32,000 nucleotides of DNA from Pyrinomonadaceae bacterium (lineage in GTDB: Bacteria > Acidobacteriota > Blastocatellia > Pyrinomonadales > Pyrinomonadaceae). The position numbers were made by a program, and so were the translations under genes. The stretch is from contig DATMDU010000171.1 in assembly GCA_035557535.1 (NCBI GenBank), positions 814,622-846,621 of the forward strand. Reading direction: 5' to 3'. This document shows, one piece after another, positions 28,062 to 32,000 of the stretch (position 1 is its first letter; each line of letters opens with the position of its first letter). The notes under the pieces were generated by a model that was not told where the DNA came from, searched no databases, and was given only the letters and a program-made list of their open reading frames with translations.

Positions 28062-29144
28062 ATGCCTGCCAAAGCTAATCATCGCTCTGCGGTTTGGATG
28101 GCCCTGGCTGCATCTGCGGGGCTGACGATCCTAATTATCGCTGGCTCAAGAAACCTTGAGCACTACGATGCGGCGCTATTCGGCTACACAGTAGCGAGCG
28201 TGGTCGCGTTCGGTGCGGTTGTGTTTCGTTATGCCATCTGGTTACAGCGGCCGGCGACGCGAGTCTACTGGCGGCGAGGCTGGAACCTGTTTCGAGATCG
28301 CAAGAATCTTGTTGCCAATACAACTAGCGCAGCGAAGACCATAGTCGGTGGCATGGCGATCCAGAAGTTTATCTTTCGTCGCGGCCTTTCGCGTTGGCTA
28401 ATGCATCAGTTGATTATGTGGGGCTGCATCATCTCGGCGCTGATTACTTTTCCCTTAGTGTTTGGCTGGGTCCACTTTGAACTTGAGGGAGAGCGAGGTT
28501 ACCGCGCTTACGTCTTTGGCTTTCCACTGAACGTGATGGACGGCCGCAGCCTGATCGGGTGGGTAACATTTCACGCGCTCGACTTCACCGCGATCATGGT
28601 GCTCGCCGGTTGCGCGATCGCGATTCGTCGCCGCTTGCACGACCGCGGGGCTATTGCTCTACAACAGTTCCTCCCTGATTTCGTTCCTCACCTGCTGCTA
28701 ATTGCCATATCTGTAACCGGTCTGATGCTGACGGTCTCCAGCCTCTGGTTGCACGGTTACATGTATTCATTCATAGCCCTGACGCATCAGGCAGTCGTGA
28801 TCATGACTTTGTTCTACCTGCCGTTTGGCAAACTCTTTCATGTGATTCAAAGACCGGCATCTATCGGCGTGGAGCTTTATCAAAGACGGTCACAAGAAAT
28901 GCCGCAGGCTGTCTGTCCGCGCTGCGGCGTCGAGTTCGTAGCTGAGATGTGGCTGGGCGATCTAAAAACAGTCGTGGAAAAACTCGGCTTTGACTACAAG
29001 TTGAGCGATGGACGCGTTTGGCAGGATTACTGTCCGCGCTGCAAGCGAGTCATACGTGGGCTAGCGTACGCCTCCTTGCCCCAACAGGATGCACGGGTAT
29101 TTCAAGGGTCCCGGGTTGAGGGCGGCCACCAATCGGAAGACTAA
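28062..29144 (+). CDS. Membrane protein resembling a NarI-/cytochrome b-type subunit, with C-terminal zinc-ribbon-like cysteine pairs
   Basis: Several TM segments with histidines (LMHQLIMWGCIIS, TFHALDFTAIMVLAG, SSLWLHGYMYSFIALTHQAVVIMTLFYLPFGKLFHVIQRP), then CPRC...CPRC tail. Confidence 0.7.
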   Translation: MPAKANHRSAVWMALAASAGLTILIIAGSRNLEHYDAALFGYTVASVVAFGAVVFRYAIWLQRPATRVYWRRGWNLFRDRKNLVANTTSAAKTIVGGMAIQKFIFRRGLSRWLMHQLIMWGCIISALITFPLVFGWVHFELEGERGYRAYVFGFPLNVMDGRSLIGWVTFHALDFTAIMVLAGCAIAIRRRLHDRGAIALQQFLPDFVPHLLLIAISVTGLMLTVSSLWLHGYMYSFIALTHQAVVIMTLFYLPFGKLFHVIQRPASIGVELYQRRSQEMPQAVCPRCGVEFVAEMWLGDLKTVVEKLGFDYKLSDGRVWQDYCPRCKRVIRGLAYASLPQQDARVFQGSRVEGGHQSED

Positions 29145-29148
29145 AACA

Positions 29149-31371
29149 ATGGGCAAAGTCGAGCATCTCGAAAAGATAATCGAAGCCTACGGTCCGCATC
29201 TGCACGACGCGCCGTACGGTGGTTGGCGTGCGGACCGTGTGATAGACAAAGTTGTGCCGACACACTGTCCATACTGCGCGGTGCAATGCGGCATGAATCT
29301 TCTGGTGGAAAAGAATCATGTCGTCGGCTTCGAACCACGGTACGATTTTCCCGTCAATGAAGGCCGTCTCTGCCCCAAAGGCGTAACCGCTTACTTGCAG
29401 ATTCATCATCCTGATCGCCTGCTTCATCCACTCATAAAACGTAACGGCAGGTTCGAGCGGGCAACGTGGGAGGAAGCCCTTGATCTCGTCGCCTCGAAGA
29501 TTAAAGAACTGCAAGCTGCGCACGGCAAGGATTCCATTGGCGTTTATTCGGGCTCTTCCCTCACAACAGAGAAAACGTATCTGATGGGCAAGTTTGCGCG
29601 CGCTGGCCTGGGCACACGCTACATTGATTACAACGGACGGCTGTGCATGGTCTCGGCGGCGGCCGGTAACAACAAAGCATTCGGGATCGATCGCGCTGCG
29701 AATCCGTGGGATGACATCCCACTTGCTGAAGTTCTACTGATTGCAGGATCAAATTGCGCCGAAACATTTCCCGTATTGAACAAGTTCCTTTGGCAGCAGC
29801 GCGATAACGGCGGAAGCTGGATAATTATTGATCCGCGTGAGACGGCAACTGCTCGCCAGGGCGATCTGCATCTGCAACTAAAGCCCGGCACTGATGTGGC
29901 TCTCGCGAACGGAATGCTGCACGTTTTGATTGAAGAAAACCTTATCGAGCAATCCTTCATCGATCAGCGCACGAATGACTGGGAGGATACGAAGGCCCTG
30001 GTGGCTCGCTATACGCCACAAGTTGCAGCCGAAATTACTGGCGTACCTGCTGAACAAATCGTCAAGGCCGCGCGGCTTTATGGGCGCGCCAAGACATCAA
30101 TGCTTCTGCACGCACGCGGAATCGAGCACCACTCGCATGGCGTCAACAATGTGTTGTCGTACATCAATCTCGTGCTGGCGACAGGGAGCATCGGTGCGCC
30201 CGGACGTGGCTACGGCACAATAACGGGACAAGGCAACGGACAAGGCGGGCGTGAGCATGGACAGAAGGCCGATCAGCTTCCGGGCCAGCGTTCAATTTCG
30301 AACCCGGAACATCGCAAGCATGTGTGCGACGTTTGGGGCCTACCAGAAGAAGAGTTGCCGCAAGCCGGCGTCTCCGTCGTCGAGATGTTTCAGAAGATGC
30401 GCGAAGGCGAAATTCGTGGCTTGCTTTCGATCTGCAACAACGTGATGGTGAGTCTGCCCGATACGAATGAGGTGCGTCGGTCGCTCGAAGGCCTGGACTT
30501 CTATGTTTGCATTGATTTCTTCATGTCAGAAGGATCGCGTTATGCGGACGTGGTTCTTCCCGGCAGCACGTGGAGTGAAGACGAGGGCGTGACAGCAAAC
30601 AGCGAGGGCCGCGTCTTAAAGATTAACAAAGCCGCCGACCCTCCCGGCGAAGCTCGCGCCGATTGGTGGATTATCCAGGAGATCGCGCGGCGAATGGGCC
30701 GGGAAAAGTATTTTCAATTTGATAACCCGCGCGCAATCTTCGATGAGATGCGCGTAGCTTCTCGCGGTGGGAACGCCGATTACTACGGCATCACTTGGGA
30801 AAAAATCGAAAAACAGAATGGCGTGTTCTGGCCGTGTCCTTCCGAGGATCACCCTGGGACTCCAAGGCTGTTTGAAAATCGCTTCTATCATCCGGATGGC
30901 AGAGCGAAGTTTCATGCGGTCGAATACGCACCGCCGCAGGAGACGCCTGATGACGAGTTTCCCTTAATCTTGACCAGTGGGCGTGTCGTTTACCAGTATC
31001 TTTCCGGTAATCAGACTCGGCGTATCGGATTTCTTGTCGAACAGTGTCCCGAACCGTATGTTGAGATTCATCCGGAAACAGCGATGAGGTTGAAGATCAA
31101 CGACGGCGAGCGTGTGAAGGTCGTGTCCCGCCGGGGCGATGGCATATTTCCGGCGCTGGTGGTTAAGACGATCCGCAAAGATACCATCTTCATTCCCTAC
31201 CATTGGGGCGAAGATCTGGCGGTGAACCAACTGACGAACCCTGTACTCGATCCAATTTCCAAGATTCCGGAGTTCAAAGCATGCGCTGCGCGCATCGAGA
31301 AGATTCATTCGAGGCAGCTTCCGATTCTTGGCGAAAGACGCAAAGGCGCTTCACGTAGTGAGGTGAGGTAG
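29149..31371 (+). CDS. Molybdopterin oxidoreductase, NasA/NapA-like (nitrate reductase-type catalytic subunit)
   Basis: [15 protein letters not shown] 4Fe-4S motif; [10 protein letters not shown]; [21 protein letters not shown] (Cys as presumed Mo ligand); [22 protein letters not shown]; [23 protein letters not shown]. Confidence 0.9.
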   Translation: MGKVEHLEKIIEAYGPHLHDAPYGGWRADRVIDKVVPTHCPYCAVQCGMNLLVEKNHVVGFEPRYDFPVNEGRLCPKGVTAYLQIHHPDRLLHPLIKRNGRFERATWEEALDLVASKIKELQAAHGKDSIGVYSGSSLTTEKTYLMGKFARAGLGTRYIDYNGRLCMVSAAAGNNKAFGIDRAANPWDDIPLAEVLLIAGSNCAETFPVLNKFLWQQRDNGGSWIIIDPRETATARQGDLHLQLKPGTDVALANGMLHVLIEENLIEQSFIDQRTNDWEDTKALVARYTPQVAAEITGVPAEQIVKAARLYGRAKTSMLLHARGIEHHSHGVNNVLSYINLVLATGSIGAPGRGYGTITGQGNGQGGREHGQKADQLPGQRSISNPEHRKHVCDVWGLPEEELPQAGVSVVEMFQKMREGEIRGLLSICNNVMVSLPDTNEVRRSLEGLDFYVCIDFFMSEGSRYADVVLPGSTWSEDEGVTANSEGRVLKINKAADPPGEARADWWIIQEIARRMGREKYFQFDNPRAIFDEMRVASRGGNADYYGITWEKIEKQNGVFWPCPSEDHPGTPRLFENRFYHPDGRAKFHAVEYAPPQETPDDEFPLILTSGRVVYQYLSGNQTRRIGFLVEQCPEPYVEIHPETAMRLKINDGERVKVVSRRGDGIFPALVVKTIRKDTIFIPYHWGEDLAVNQLTNPVLDPISKIPEFKACAARIEKIHSRQLPILGERRKGASRSEVR

Positions 31372-31373
31372 TT

Positions 31374-32000
31374 ATGGAAGAGACCATGTTCATCGATCCG
31401 CAACGTTGTATCGGCTGTCGCGCCTGCGTGGCGGCGTGTCGAGAGTGCGGGACGCACAAAGGATATTCGATGATCTACGTCGATTACCTTGATCGATCAG
31501 AGACAACCGCCACGATGCCGACGGTCTGTATGCACTGCTCTGAGCCGACGTGTGCGCTGGTTTGTCCAGCCGACGCGATCAAGACGACTGAAGATGGCGT
31601 CGTCCTTTCGGCATTGAAACCACGCTGCCTCGATTGCCGCAATTGCGTCAACGCCTGTCCTTTCGGTGTGCCCAAGTACAACACTGAGATGCATCTGCAG
31701 ATGAAGTGCGATATGTGTTTCGATCGTACTAGTGAAGGCTTGAAGCCGATGTGCGCCAGTGTCTGCCCGACTAGCGCAATCGCGTTCGGAAAGTATGAAG
31801 ACATAGTTCCGCTGCGAAGGACCAAGCCGGTCAATGCCCATGTCTTCGGAAATCAGACGGTCGAGACGAAAGTTTACCTGATGTTGCCGACCGAGGCGGA
31901 CGAAGTTGAGGTTGATGGCTGCGGTGTGTTTGAGGGCCGTGTGAAAACTGACCAGCAACCGGCAAGCGAATCGTGGATCGACTTACAAGTTGAGCAGACG
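31374..32000 (+). CDS. Multi-[4Fe-4S] ferredoxin-like electron-transfer subunit, truncated by the window end
   Basis: Cysteine blocks [61 protein letters not shown], typical of FdhB/NrfC/HybA-type beta subunits. Confidence 0.92.
   Translation, partial: MEETMFIDPQRCIGCRACVAACRECGTHKGYSMIYVDYLDRSETTATMPTVCMHCSEPTCALVCPADAIKTTEDGVVLSALKPRCLDCRNCVNACPFGVPKYNTEMHLQMKCDMCFDRTSEGLKPMCASVCPTSAIAFGKYEDIVPLRRTKPVNAHVFGNQTVETKVYLMLPTEADEVEVDGCGVFEGRVKTDQQPASESWIDLQVEQT

Noticed and set aside
31497-31958. Antisense ORFs over the cytochrome/molybdoenzyme/ferredoxin genes (also 29050..29523, 30964..31308, 31484..31834)
   Set aside because: All overlap genes with strong family motifs and show no independent coding evidence.
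1-32000. CRISPR arrays, toxin-antitoxin or phage-defence modules
   Set aside because: No spaced direct repeats and no recognisable cas, restriction, TA or retron genes seen; the weak CHAT-like scar alone does not support a defence system.

Overview
Bacterial chromosomal window, roughly 50% GC by eye, possibly Acidobacteriota-like (weak inference). It starts with a frameshifted tyrosine recombinase. Next come an NtrC-family sigma-54 activator and a PAS hybrid histidine kinase. These precede a long stress/energy cluster: PPOX-type flavin protein, VIT1-like transporter remnant, arsC/acr3, three universal stress proteins (five USP domains), FAD oxidoreductase, DASS transporter, DksA-like zinc-finger protein, Zn alcohol dehydrogenase, TspO, CPA2 antiporter, SPFH protein, CNNM remnant. 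After that come DUF190 and crcB behind a well-formed fluoride riboswitch, a second receiver/hybrid kinase pair, a CRP gene cut off before its helix-turn-helix, and a membrane cytochrome / NasA-like molybdoenzyme / 4Fe-4S protein operon that runs off the right edge. The main observation is a set of six sequences matching the sigma-54 -24/-12 consensus, each with exact GG-N10-GC spacing, placed upstream of separate units (PPOX, USP, DksA-like, CNNM, CRP, cytochrome-molybdoenzyme). This suggests a sigma-54-driven regulon resembling a DosR-type dormancy regulon, possibly controlled by the NtrC-type activator in the same window. A second theme is many broken genes: recombinase, VOC, VIT1, DUF6064, CNNM, and a CRP/kinase deletion junction. 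All calls come from reading the sequence; no database search was run.
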